From NCBI GenBank assembly GCA_951406725.2, contig OX597840.1, forward strand, positions 16,120,001 through 16,184,000: 64,000 nucleotides of DNA, given 5' to 3'. The notes below the pieces were generated by a model. The model was not told the DNA's origin and did not search any database. It was given only the letters and a program-made list of their open reading frames with translations. The stretch's first letter is position 1; each line of letters starts with the position of its first letter. The DNA is from Octopus vulgaris (taxonomy: Eukaryota). Below, one piece after another: positions 24,538-39,500 of the stretch. Made by a program: the position numbers and the translations under genes.

Positions 24538-27500
24538 CGACGGGCTTCTTTCAGTTTCCATCTACCAATTTCCACTCACAAGGCTTTGGTCGGCCTGAAG
24601 CTATAGTAGAAGACACTTGCCCAAAGTGCCACGCAGTGGGACTGAACCTGAAACCATGTGTTTGGTAACCAAGTTACTTACCACACAGCCACTCCTGCAC
24701 CTATTGAAAAATAAAGAAAATAATAAGAAGCAACAATCTTTAATCATATCTTTTTGTATTCACTTTTATCTGTTGATGATGGTTAACGTTTTTGTCATAG
24801 AATCTTGTCTTATGCTCTTTTTTGTTCAGGCTTTGGCATTGTTGAATATCCAGTCTCTTGCTAAGTACAATGCATTTGCTAAAATGAAACCAGCCAAGTA
24901 AGTAGGGCATTTTAAATTTGGTTACAAAGTTACAGAGTTGAAATGTGTAACCATTTCAACCTGGCAAATTCTCAATTTCCACTTCAGTTTCTTTTTTCTA
25001 GACTGTCTTTGGCTTAGAGAAGAGGAAGGGCTGTGTTCACGAGTCTGATGAGTAGAAAGGAGGACTTTAGATTGAGAGCAGAGATGTGGCTTGAATGCTT
25101 GCAATAGAGTACTTTCGTTTACTTAAACCCTTTGCTTCCTATGGAGCATGAGCCATTGATGATCTCTCTCCACCATTCTCAACTCTGGGCTGTCTTTCCT
25201 ACATTCTTCAGGTCTTGTTGGTTCTGAATGTGGAGGGTACCTGTAGAAGGGGTAGACCCAGGAAGATGTAGGACGAAGTGGTGAGAAAGGATCATTGGAC
25301 GCTGGGCCTCACTGAGGAAATGACTGGGTATCAGCAGATGTGGTGATTTGCTGTACTTGATAAAATGTGCCAAGCTAAGTAAAATCGCTGTCTCCCATAC
25401 ATAGAGGCTTGTCCTTTCATGTGCTGATGCCACTTAAAAAGCACCTGTGTTGGTGCTGCATGAATGCACCCGTGCAGGTGGAACATAGAAAATACCTGAT
25501 ACACTCTGTAAAGTGGTTGGCATTAGGAAGGGCATCCAGTCATAGAAACCATGCCACAACAGACAGTTGGAGTCTGGACTGCTCCATGTTAACCAGCTCC
25601 ATGTCAAACCATCCAACCCATGCCAACATGGAAAATGGACATTATACGATGTTGAGGATGATGATGATGATCATCATCATTGTTTCTGTGATGTTACTTG
25701 TCTCTTTGTAGGCCCAATGCAAGCATTTTTTTTAACCCCTGGGAAGTTTGGCCCCTATCCTTTGACTTCTCCAGCATAGGATGCCCTGCCAGGAGCTTTG
25801 TGTTCCACTTGGTTCTCAGGTCAATGAGGCGTGCATGCCACCACACTGCAACAAGAACTGGACCTTGTGGTTGCAAACGAGTGACCCCTGGTAATGGCAG
25901 CAGTGATTCCACACAGCTTCTGTCCAGCAAATTACATTCTTTATTATAGTATGAATTAGAAATTAACCCTTTTGATACCAACTTGGCTGAAGCAGCCTCT
26001 GGCTCTGTAGTACAAATGTCTTGTTTTCAAAAGTTTTGAATTAAAATCTTCCACCAAACCTTAGTAACAATTTATGTTCCTAACACTAGCTTAATGATAA
26101 CAAAGCTATTTTACTAAATTCTTTTGTTTTATTTAAAATTAAAAGAAACAGAGCATCTCAACAGAAATATGGCAATGAAAGGGTTAAAATATATAAAAGA
26201 GAAACAATTCTTAATCCTTTTGGTACCAAACTAGCTGAAGCCACCTCTGGCTCTGTGTAGTACAAATGTCTTGTTTTCAAAAGGTCTGAATTAAAATCTT
26301 CCACCAAACCTTCATCACAATTTATGTTCCTAACACTAGCTTAATGATAACTAAATTATTTTACTAAATTCTTTGGTATATTTAAAATTAATTGAAAGAA
26401 ACACAAAACATCTCAGCAGAAACACGGTAACAAGAGGGTTAATTAGGCAAGTGTGATGGGACAGATGCACTTTTTGTAATTAGTTATCAAATTTATCAAA
26501 ATTGCAGCATTGTTATACAGTAAATACAAAGCATGTATTACATATGTGTGTGTATTCTTTATTTATTATTTTTTTTTTTTACTTGTTTCAGTCACTTTGA
26601 CTGTGGCCATGCTGGAGCACCACCTTTAGAAGGGTTTTAGTTGAACAAATCATCCCCAGGACATGGGGCTAGTTAGCATGGAGCAGTCCAGACTCCAACT
26701 GTCTGTTGTGGCATGGTTTCTATGACTGGATGCCCTTCCTAATGCCAGCCACTTTTCAGAGTGTGTCAGGTATTTTCTATGTTCCACCTGCATGGGTGCA
26801 TTCATGCAGCACCAACACAGGTGCTTTTTAAGTGGCATCAGCACATGAAAGGACAAGCCTCTATGTATGAGAGACAGCGATTTTACTTAGCTTTAGCACA
26901 TCTAGTACTTATTCCAATAATCTCTTTGACCTGAGGCTATAGCAGAAGACACTTACTCAAGGTGTCACGCAGTGGAACTAAACCTGGAACTATGTGGTTG
27001 GGAAGCCAACTTCCTACCACAGTGCATTGCTGCAGCTACTTCTCTTCTGTCGAACCATGAGAGTTTCTTCTGCTGAACCTTCTGGATTCAGTCTTCGCAT
27101 GCATAGGTATGCTAATTAACCCATAGCTGGGACCCTGGTACTCTGCAACAAAGTTGACCTAAGAATCATAGTGGCTAAGAGGTGGTTCCTTACTTGTCAA
27201 AACCCTGGAATTCCTGAACTGGGGCACCACTCCTAATGAAGTATAATGTTGTGCTTCTGTTAAAATGGAAGCACTTAGATTGTGGAAATGTGATTTTAAC
27301 CATTAATTTTAAAGAAATGGAAGAGCTGAAGTGGAATTGTGTCATTGACTAAGTCGCAGAAAACAGATGAGACTTTGTTACATGGTTTGTGTAACGTAAA
27401 CTTTTTTTTGCTTAATTTAATAATTTTATTATTATACTTGGGGATGACCATCATCATCATCATCATTTAGCGTCCGTTTTCCATGCTAGCATGGGTTGGA

Positions 27501-30500
27501 CGGTTCTGCTGGGGTCTGTGAAGCCAGAAGGCTTCATCAGGCCCAGTCAAATCTGGCAGTGTTTCTACGGCTGGATGCCCTTCCTAACGCCAACCACTCC
27601 GTGAGTGTAGTGGGTGCTTTTTACGTGCCACCCGCACTGGTGCCAGACAGAGCTGGCAAACGGCCACGAACGGATGGTGCTTTTTATGTGCCACCGGCAC
27701 GAGGGCCAGGCGAGGCTTAAACACACACACACTATATATGGTCTTTACTTCAGCATTATTATCATTATTAAGGTGGTGAGCTGGCAGAATTGTAAGCACG
27801 CCAGATGGAATGCTTAGCAGCATTTCGTCCATCTTTACGTTCTGAGTTCAAATTCTGCCAAGGTCGACTTTGCATTTCATCCTTTCGGGGTCGATAAAAT
27901 AAGTGGCAGTTGAACACTAGAGTCAATTACACAGACTCCTCCCCTCTCCCAAAATTGCTGTCCTTGTGGCAAAATTTAAAACCATTATTATTATTATTAT
28001 TAGTATTATACTTTCTTTGTCAAAGCTCTTTCATCACACATCCTGTGACCTCTTCAGTAACTCTGTATCTCAAATGTTCTCTTGTTCAGCTTAGTCCATT
28101 TTGTCTTTCTGTAATATCTATCCTTATTTGCACATGTGTTTTGTGTGTATATGGATTTGCTTACTACACTGTTTGTACCTGTTTCTTTTATTTGATTAAA
28201 TTTTCAGTGTCATTGAAAGCATGTTATCCAATAATGTCCTGAGTAGTCAGTTCTCTCATGGGGAGTTTGCTTGCATCAGCCTTGCACAGATTGCTGCTCT
28301 CTGGCATACCTATGGCAAGAGGTAAGACATTCCTTTGTTTTATTTATTCTTTTTGCTCATTTCATCATCAGACTTCCTAAGTCCCTTTTCCCTTTCTAAA
28401 CCAGGAGTAAATCTTGGGAGCTTCATGTCATCATTTCTTGTTGTCATGGTTGCCTTTTTTAAAACAGGTTCATACCAGCAAATGACCTTCTTGTCTCCTG
28501 CTATTTTAGTCACCTCTTACAACACATAGAAACATGTTCAGTTACTTTTAACCTTGTTTCAATCATTGGACTGCGGACATACTGGGGCATCACATTGTAG
28601 AGCTGCATAAATCGATCCTGGTACTAATTTTTTGTTTTGAAGTCTGGTACTTAATTCTCTTGATCTATTTTGCCTAGCTACTAGGCGATGTAAACAAACC
28701 AACACTGGCTGTCAAGCAGTAATGGGAAAAACACAGACATCCTGCCACCCATACACCCACCTACACACATGAGAGGCTTCTACACAGTTTCTGTCTGCAA
28801 AATTTACTCACAGGGCATTGACTGGCCTTGGGCTATAAGAGAGGACACTTGCCCAAAGTACTGTGCAGTGGGACTGAACCTGAAACCATTCAGATTTCTC
28901 TGTCAAATATAATGCTTATTTAGTCACATTGAGGTAGATTAGACATGCTTTACTTTGTGGCTTCGAGATTACAATGTCATTGTTTATTTTTAGAATGACG
29001 TTGTAGGGTTGGTGTGAGAGGCTGGATCTGGCCAGTATGAAGATAAAACAGGTAGATTATTTTGGTTGGATATGGCCAGTTTAAATGCTAAAGGGTATTA
29101 TCTTACTTCACTCACTGACTTGAATGATGCTCTGGTGCATCCATCACAATGCAGGTTATGGTCCCTGCTGGTCTGCCTGTGATTCTGCTTCAACTCTTAT
29201 GTGTCTGTACTCTCTTTTACTTGTTTCAGTCATTTGACTGTGGCCATGCTGGAGCACCGCCTTTAGTCGAGCAAATCGACCCCAGGACTTATTCTTTGTA
29301 AGCCTAGTACTTATTCTATCGATTTCTATTGGTTCCTTCTGCTGAACCACTAATTTACAGGGGCGTAAACATACCACCATTGGTTGTCAAGTGATGTTGT
29401 GGGGACAAACACAGACACACACACACGTATATACACACATATATATGACAGGCTTCTTTCAGTTTCTGTCTGCCAAATCCACTCACAAGGCTTTGGTCGG
29501 CCTGAGGCTATAGTAGAAGTGGGACTGAACCTGGAACCATGTGGTTGGTAAGCAAGCTACTTACCACACAGCCACTCCTGCACCTGTAGCTTACATTGGG
29601 TTCAGCATTTGGAGTTAATACCTAATCCTTTTTTGCATATTGAGTGAAGTCATCTTCCTAAAGGTGCTTGGCACTTCAGATTCCTTTCTTCTTTCCTACT
29701 TGATGAAACCTTTGTCTTTGCTAAGTTTATACGAAAGCCTCTCAATTCTAGGCTTTTCTCCCTTGCCCAGAATTTCCTCTTTAATTCCCTTGTAGATTCA
29801 GCTATATGTACATGTGTGTGTGTCTGACTTTGTTGTTGTCCCACCACCACTGCTTGACAACTGGTATTGATTTGTTAGCATCCGTGCAACTTAGTAGTTT
29901 GCCAAAAAAAAGATCAATAGAACAAGTACCAACCCTTTAACATTCAAATCGGCCATATCCGGTCCAGATATTTCTACAAATCCTATGTTGAAACCATCCA
30001 GATCAAGCCTCTCACACCTGCCCAACAAAGGTATTTGGAAAATAAACAATCATCATCATCATCATCAGTTAACATCTGTTTTCCGTGCTGGCATGGGTTG
30101 GACGGTTTGACTGGAGTAGGTAAGGCCAGGGGCTGCACCAGGCTCCATTGTCTGTTCTGGTATAGATTTTTTTATAGCTGGATGCCCTTCCTAACACCAG
30201 CCACTTCATATAGTGTACTGGGTGCTTTTAACATGGCACCAATTACATCATCGAAATGGAGCCCAGAACTATGAGATAATCCATGATTATTTCAAAAACA
30301 AGCATTAAATTTGACAGAGTAATCATCATCATCATCATCATTTAATGTCTGTTGTCCATGCTGGCATGGGTTGGACAGTTTGACTTGCGCTGGTAAGCTG
30401 AGGGGTCTGCTCCAGACTCCTGTCTGATCTGGCATGGTGTCCATGTCTAGATGCCCTTCTCAATGCCCACCACTCCAAGAGTAAACTGAATGCTAAATGG

Positions 30501-33500
30501 TTAAAAGGGGGTTGATTTGTGTGACTAAAACCCTTTGAGGTGGTACCCCAGCATGGCCACAGTCTAATGACTGAAAGCAGTAAAAGAAAAATGAGTATAA
30601 CTTTGCTCATCCCTGACCCCATTCAAAATATCTATGTCTTTGTGTCTTTAGTAAGAAATTTCCTTATGGTTGTCTTTGCAGAGAAAATTGTTCCCTTATC
30701 AGCCAATTGATCCTCCATCTAGACACGTCAGATGCAGGAATCTATCGAAACGAGGAATCAGTTTGTATTGCCATGTGTAACTTGGCCAGGCATCATTTTG
30801 ATCAGGTAACTCCAAATCCTTTAACTTCAGCATTATCCATACACATGCATGTGTGTATAGGTATGTTTGTGTGTGTGAAAGCATATGTATATATGTGCCT
30901 GTGTATTTGACAGTTTCTGTGTGAATGTGTGTACTTTTATGCATATGTGTGTAAGCTAAGATCAGATTGTTCATTATTGATCACAGCACCAGTGAGGGTA
31001 AAAATCAATGAACTATATACAATATGTATCGAATCAACAGTTTTTCATTAACTTCTGTAATATGTTTTATATAAACCCTTCACTATTGTCTTTGTAATAT
31101 GCTCTTCTTGTGGCTCCTGTGGCAAATAAATGCAATTATTATTATTAAGTTGGCAAATGGCCGTGACTACAATTCACTTGGCTTGACGAGTCTTCTCAAA
31201 CATAGCATATCATTGAAGGTTTTGGTCACTTGTCATTGCTTCCATGAGGCCCAATGTTTGAAGATCATTTTTCACCATTATTCAGAATGTAAGAATGGAT
31301 GAAATTCTACTACTACTACTACTATTAATAATCTATTTTACTAAAGGCACAAGGCCTGAAATTTTAGCAGAGGGGATAAGTTGATCAAGTTGCTATGGTG
31401 ATCAATTGATGTTGCTTATGTAAGCGACTTAACCCCTGCCCCCTAAAACTTCAGGCCTTGTGCCTATAGGAGAAATAATAATAATAATAATAATAATTGT
31501 TATTATTATTAAGGTAGTAATCTCGAAGAATTGTTTGTTAAGCAGCATTTCTTGTGGCTCTTTTTACAGTCTTAAGTTCAAATTCTGCTGAGATTGAATT
31601 TTCCTTTCATCCTTTAGGGGTTGATAAAATTAATACCAGTTGAGCACTGGGGTCAATGTAATTGACAATACTCCTCCTCTAAAATTGCCAGCCATCTACC
31701 AAAAATTTAAAGCCATAATTATTATCATTATTGTTGTTACTATTAAAGTGGCAAGCTGGCAGAATCATTAGTACACCAGGCAAAATGCTTAGTGGTATTT
31801 CAGCTGTTTTTACGTTCTGAGTTCAAATTCTGCCAAGGTTGTTTTAGCCTTTCTTCCTTTTGGGGTTGATGAAATAAGTACCAGTTATGCACTGGGGTTG
31901 ACTTGATCGACTTATCTCCTCTGCTAAAATTTCAGGCCTTGTGCCTTTAGTAAAAAAGATTATTATTATTAGTAGTAGTAGAATTTCATCCATTCTTACA
32001 TTCTGAATTCAAATTCTGCTGCGGTCGACTTTGCCATTCATCTTTTCAGGGGTCGATGAAATAAGTACCAGTTATGCACTGGGGTTGATGTGATTGACTT
32101 ATCCCCTCTCTAAAATTTCAGGCCTTATGTCTATAGTAGAAAGGATCATCATTGTTATTGTTATTTTTTTTTAGGGTATGATTGATGTTGCTATGGTGAT
32201 AGTAGAGGGTGCCAAAGAGAGATTCCCAGCAAATACTTCCTACGCCCATATATGGATGGCCACAGAACAGGAGATGAAGTTTACGTTGGCTGTCTACAGC
32301 AACAAGTGGAGTGATGCTGAGATGGCATTGGTCAACCTAAAGGCCGTGTGTGAAACAGAAGCAGATATCAGGTTTGTGGCCAATATCTATCATCATTATA
32401 GGTGCAGGCATGGCTGTGTGGTAACAAGTGTGCATTCCTGCTGCATGGTTTCAGGTTCAGTCCCACTGGGGGCAAATGATTTCTCAGGATGACTAATATT
32501 TTGTGAATAGATTTAGTAGGCAGAAACTGAAAGAAGGCAGTGAGCTGACAGGGTGAAATGCTTAGCGGTATTTCGTCTGCTGTTACGTTCTGAGTTCAAA
32601 TTCTGCCAAGGTCGACTTTGCCTTTCATCCTTTTGGGGTCGATAAATTAAGTACCAGTTACGCAATAGGGTCGATGTAATTGACTTAATCCCTTTGTCTA
32701 TCCTTGTTTGTCCCCTCGATGTGGGCAATAAAGAAATAAGAAACCATATGTGTGTGAGTGAAGGTGTGAGTGTTTTCTTGTCTTGGTGTCACGCTTCATC
32801 ATCATCATTGTTTAACGTCCATTTTCCATGCTGGCATGGGTTGGAAGGTATGACAGGAGCTGAGCAGCTGAAGGGCTGCTCAGGCTCCCTGTTTGTTTTG
32901 GCATGGTTTCTATGGCTGGATGCCCTTCCTAATGCCAACCACTTTATGGAGTATACTGGGTGCTTTTACACAGCACTGGTACGGTGGCACCAGCACTTAT
33001 GAGCCTGCTAGATTAGGGATGCTCAGCTGGAGAGGGTTGCAGGGTATGAGCCTGTATGCAAGGGCAACCACGCCTTTACTTAGCTCGGTGTATCTTTTCA
33101 AGCACACCAAACTGCCAGGAGTCCCAGTCCCTTGTCATCCCCTCTGTGAGTTCCAACATTTGTAGATCCCTTCTCACCACTTTGTCACACACACACAAAT
33201 TGTAAAAACTTAAACTTTGTTTTTATGTATTCCTCACAGAATAATTTTATCACTTGGATTTTCAGTTACACGGACACTTTACATTATACTGCTTTGTAAT
33301 GGACTGTTAGCCAAGCCCATATGAGGAGCTTACTGTGGTAGCTGCATTATTCCCTGAATCTATATTTTATGCTACTCATTTATATATAATTGTATATATA
33401 TTTTTCACTTACAATGATTATATTTAATTTATTTATTTTTCATTCTGTAGATGTGGTATTTTGTTAAAAGAAAGGGGCCAGGTCAACCAAGCCCTTACAC

Positions 33501-36500
33501 ACATGCACCAACTTCTTGAGAAATGTGAAAAAAACAGCAGTGAGACCACACCTTTCTATACGTGTCGGTAAGTCATCTAGTTGTGGTAATTTAACCCTAA
33601 GTCAGCCTGGATGCAACAGATCTTTGTTCAAAGATGTTCCAGATCACCAGATACCCTTTTTAAGACATAAGTGTATCTCAGAGTACATTACCCAGAGTGT
33701 TTTATTCAGGCATGGTGTATCTAGTATCACATTACCTAATGTCCCCTTTCTCAACCTGCATCCAGCAGATTTATGATCAAAGTTGTTTCAACTGGGATTA
33801 TCCTGTGTTATTATTCAGACATAGTGTATCTAGGACTAAAGGTCATGAATGACCATGGGATTGCATCTAAAAAGTTCCCCTCCTGGGCACATGTTTAGGC
33901 AAGGTTGTTTATGGAAGACCAGCAGTTGTCCATGCATACCGGCCTCCTCTCACCACACCACTGATGTTATCCAAGGGAAAGGTGAAGGAGCCGATACAGC
34001 TGGGAACGAGTGATGCCACCACTCATTTCTACAGCTGAGTGAACTCTTGCTGAAGATAACAACACACATCCCAATCTGGGAATTGAACTCACTACTTCAC
34101 GATTGTGAGCCCGATGTTTAAACCACTGAGTCATGCACCTTCACATATGCAGATGAATATATATATATATAATCAAAATAAGCAACAAGTATATCTGAGG
34201 TAATGTGGTACGATCGTTTCATGCTACTTCATTTTATTAAACACTGTAAGTATTACATCAGTTTTAAAATGTCAAGCAATCTTCAGCCACTTATAGAAAT
34301 TTTCCAATCAAACAGACAATGCACATTCTTATCTCTATTTCGTTTGCCAACATTATAAAGAGGGTAGATATACAGACAGAGAGGTTGATTTCATTCTTAA
34401 GAACATGATAGTATTAAATCTACTCTCTGACTGTAGATTTTTTCACTTTGTAATTTAGATCTGTTAGTGGGAAGGGGGATTCTATTTTTGGTTGGATGGA
34501 GACAAAGAATTTTTTCTATTTATAGATATAGGAAGGGGTAGAAACAAATATCGAAACAAATAAACCTATTCCTATTCTGAGGAACCCAGCCCAGATACAT
34601 TTGAATGCAGTATAGCAAAAAGCTAGTATGTTGAAGTTAGAGGGGTAGGGGAAGATAGACTATTATTGTTCCAGGGGTTTTAATGTCTACTACCATTTGA
34701 CATCCAGATTCTATATTAAGAAATTTAAGTAAATATTCCTTAGACAATTTCCTAAATGATTTCAGTAAACATTATTATCTAATATATGGATAGAAAATAT
34801 AGAAATCATTTCATATTTATATAAATATATATGTTTAATAAAATGAAGTAGCATGAAACGATCGTACCACATTACCTCGGATATACTTGTTGCTTATTTT
34901 GATTATAATCACCCCATGGATTTATATGGATAATACTATACAAAATTCTGGTGCATTTGACTTAAGTACCATATTCATCTGAATCTAAATTTTGCTGAAC
35001 TTATATATATATATACACACTTTAATCCCTCGATAATCGCAGGTGTTACATTCCAACCCCACCCCGTGGTAGGTGAAAATCCTCGAAGTAGAAACAGTAC
35101 TGTAGATTTTTTATTTTTATAACTTGTATTTATTTATTTTATTATAAATGCACAACACCACAGAGGAATCAGCGTAAGCTTAAATAATAAACTGCGATAG
35201 GTGAACTGTGATATGGCGAGGGATTACTGTATGTGTGTGTGTGCATGTGAAGTTGCATGGCTCAGTGGTTAGGGTGTCGAGCTTACGATCATGAGGTTGT
35301 GTTCTTGAGCAAGACACTTTATTTCACGTTGCTCCACTTCACTCAGCTGTAGAAATGAGTTGTGACATCACGGGCGCCAAGCTGTATTGGCCTTTGCCTT
35401 TCCCTTGGATAACACTGGTGGCGTGGAGAGGGGAGGCTGGTATGGATGGGCGACTGCTGGTCTTCTATAAACAGTCTTGCCTGGATTTGTACCTGGGAGG
35501 GTAACTTTCTAGGTGCAATCCCATGGTCAGTCATGACCGAAGGGGGTCTCAGCATGTGCATGTGTCTGTATAAAAGCCCACTTTGGTCATGAAAATCCGT
35601 GGGATTGCACCTAGAAAGTTACCCTATGTGGCACAAATTCAGGCAAGGTTGTTTTATGGAAGACCTGCACTTGCCCATACATTCAAGCCTTCCCTCTCCA
35701 TGCCACTGATGCTATCCAAGGGAAAGGCAAAGGGGCTGATACTGCTTGACACCACTGACATTGCAACTCATTTCTACAGATGAGTGAACTGGAACACTGT
35801 GAAATAAAGTGTCTTACTCAAGAACACAATACTCAGCTTGGTCTGAGAATTGAACACCCTACCTCATGATTGTGAGCCTGATGCTCTTACCACTGAGCTA
35901 TGCTCTGTCTTACCTTGTTTTTGATGTTGTTTAGTGCACATTTCTTATTGTTTCACTGTCCATTTTGTATCACCCACCAAACTCAACACAATGTTTTCCT
36001 ACAATCCATGCTACCCTCCATGTGCACCCCACTAGAATTCTCCAAAATACCCTTAAAAACACATTCAAAATGTTTTATGGATGACAGTTTAGCTGTAGGA
36101 ATTTTTCTATCACTTTTCATCACCACCACCACCACTCTCTTCATCATAAACCATTATCACCACCACCATCTTTATCATAAATCACCCTCACCACCATCAT
36201 CATAAATCATTATCACCACCACCACCTTCATAACCATTATCAAAACCACCACCATCATCTTCATAAACTTTTATCACCACCACCACCACCTCAATCCCCA
36301 ACATAATTGTCATGTTTCTTTCATTTTCCAGGGTGTTACTAGAACTTTCTGATATTCTACGGAAATCAGGCAACCTGAGTATAGCCATATTTTATGTGTT
36401 ACGTTGTATCACATTGGCCAGAGATCACCATTTCCAATACATCCTTAGTTTGGCCATTATGCAGTTGGCACAAATACAGGTATGGTCCTCTCAGGTATCT

Positions 36501-39500
36501 CTCTTCTCTCTTTCTCTCATAAACAGATGTCATCAGTGCCCTAGCAGTGTCAATGTGAGAATACATCATCATCATCATTCTTTAGTGTCCATTGTTCGTG
36601 CCTTGAGAAGGGAGGACGCCCAAAACTGGGCAAGATGGTATGAGGGCAGTTGCTTTGGCATTGAGGTAGATCCAGCCACCCTTGTTAAAGGGACAAAACC
36701 TGGATTTAAAATGATGGATGGTAGTGTGTCCATGGGTTGGTTTGACCTGGGCTGGTAAGCTGGAAGGCTGCACCAGACTCCAGTCTGATTTGGCATGGTT
36801 TTCTGTACCCTTCCTAATGCCAACCACTCTGGGAGTGTAATCGGTGCTTTTATGTGCCATTTGTGTGACACCAGTATCTGCACAACTGCGATTTTGCTCA
36901 GCTTGATGGGTCTTCTCAAGCATGTCATAATGTCAAAGGTCTCAGTCATTGCCTCCATGGGACGCAACACACATAAAAAGCACCTGTGCTGGTGCCACAT
37001 ACAAGTACCCATGCTGGTGCCACATAAAAAGCATCCATGCTGGTGCCACATAAAAGGCACCCGTACTGGTGATATGTAAAAAGCATCAAGGTCACTGTAA
37101 AGTGTTTGGTATTAGGAAGGGCATCCAGCCATAGAAACCTTACCTAAACAGACAATTGGAGCCTAGTGCAGCGCTCTGGCCTACCAGCTCTTGTCAAACT
37201 GTCCAACCTATGTATTGTAGGGAATTAGTGATAATGGTACACCCCTCCCATGTAACGAGTGGAATGAACCAGTCACTATAAGTATGGTGGTGTCGGCCGG
37301 TATTGAGTAAGTACATGTCGACTATGTTGATAGTCGTGTCTGTACTAATCTAGTAATTATACTGCAATACCGAGTGGGCGTTATAACAATCCAACCTTTT
37401 GAGGATAACACCATGACTGGTGCGGGTGGGTTTACAGTGCCAGATAGAAACATCCTATCGACTTTGGAATATAACAATATCTGTCAGAGTGACAACTGTT
37501 GTACAAAGACAGATACAACAGTGGCAAAAGACCACTTTATAACACTATTCTAGCATGAAAAATGGTCATTAAATAATGATGATGATGGTGATGATTTCTA
37601 GTCGTGATTGTATTTTTGTCTTCCATTGACAGATCTTGATGGGATTGCCTCATCTTGCAATTCCTATTCTCGAGGAGCAAATGATGAACATATTGACCAA
37701 TGGCACTCTAGTGGACAAAGGCCGGATGCTTTACTGTTACTCAAGATGTACAGTGGCAGCTGCTAAAAAGAGCGAAGACCCTAAAGAAATAAAATCAGGT
37801 AAAATTTTGTTGTTTATTTCTTCTGTTTTTTTAATATTTGCTGTGGGGTTAAGAAATTTTCAACCACATGGTTTTGGGTTCAGTTTCACTGGGCAAATGT
37901 CTTCTTTAATCTCAGGCTGACCAAAGCCTTGTCAGTGGCTTTAGTACACAATAGTCTGAAAACCTGTCACATATATAGGTATAGGTATATGCGAACTGCC
38001 ATGCTTCACGGTAGTGAAACATGGGCTGTGACTGCAGAGGACATGCGTAGACTTGAAAGAAATGAAGCTAGCATGATCTGCTGGATGTGTAATGTCAGTG
38101 TGCACGCACGACAGAGTGTAAGCACCCTAAGAGAAATGCTGGATATAAGAAGCATCAGATGTGGTGTGCAAGAGCAACGCTTGCGATGGTATGGTCATGT
38201 ACTGCGGATCGATGAGGAGAGATGTGTGAAGAAGTGCCACTCCCAAACAGTTGAAGGTATCAGGGGGAGAGGTAGACCCAGGAAGACATGGGATGAGGTG
38301 GTGAAACATGACCTCAAAGCGTTGGGTCTCACAGAGGCAATGACGAAGGACCGAGATCTCTGGAGATATGCTGTGACTGCAAAGACCCGGGCTGCTTCCT
38401 GTATCAGTTCCGCATAGCCCCTGCCCATTCAAAGAACGTCCCGCTGTGCTTGAGGAGACCTGTTGAGTCAAGTACATGAAGGTCGAAATAAATATCAATG
38501 GAAATAGTAGTTGTGATGCCTGTGCCAGTGGCACATAAAAAGCACCATCCGAACGTGGCCGTAGCCAGCGCTGACTTGACTGGCATCTGGGCCGGTGGCA
38601 CATAAAAAGCACCATCCGAACGTGGCCGTAGCCAGCGCTGACTTGACTGGCATCTGGGCCGGTGGCACATAAAAAGCACCATCCGAACGTGGCCATAGCC
38701 AGCGCTGACTTGACTGGCATCTGGGCCGGTGGCACATAAAAAGCACCTATCCGAACGTGGCCGTAGCCAGCGCTGACTTGACTGGCATCTGGGCCGGTGG
38801 CACATAAAAAGCACCATCCGAACGTGGCCGTAGCCAGCGCTGACTTGACTGGCATCTGGGCCGGTGGCACATAAAAAGCACCTATCCGAACGTGGCCGTA
38901 GCCAGCGCTGACTTGACTGGCATCTGGGCCGGTGGCACATAAAAAGCACCATCCGAACGTGGCCGTAGCCAGCGCTGACTTGACTGGCATCTGGGCCGGT
39001 GGCACATAAAAAGCACCATCCGAACGTGGCCGTAGCCAGCGCTGACTTGACTGGCATCTGGGCCAGTGGCACATAAAAAGCACCATCCGAACGTGGCCGT
39101 AGCCAGCGCTGACTTGACTGGCATCTGGGCCGGTGGCACATAAAAAGCACATATCCGAACGTGGCCGTAGCCAGCGCTGACTTGACTGGCATCTGGGCCA
39201 GTGGCACATAAAAAGCACCATCCGAACGTGGCCGTAGCCAGCGCTGACTTGACTGGCATCTGGGCCGGTGGCACATAAAAAGCACTATCCGAACATGGCC
39301 GTAGCCAGCGCTGACTTAACTGGCATCTGGGCCGGTGGCACATAAAAAGCACTATCCGAACGTGGCCGATGCCAGCACTGCCCCAACTGGCTTCTGTGCC
39401 GGTGGCACATAAAAAGCACCCACTACACTCGCGGAGTGGTTGGCGTTAGGAAGGGCATCCAGCCGTAGAAACTCTGCCAGATCAGACTGGAGCCTGGAGC

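Noticed and set aside
38528-39401. CRISPR-like array, and long ORFs of 293-364 aa on the minus strand
   Set aside because: The units are identical with no unique spacers, there are no cas genes, and the context is eukaryotic. The ORFs are just translations of a stop-poor tandem repeat.
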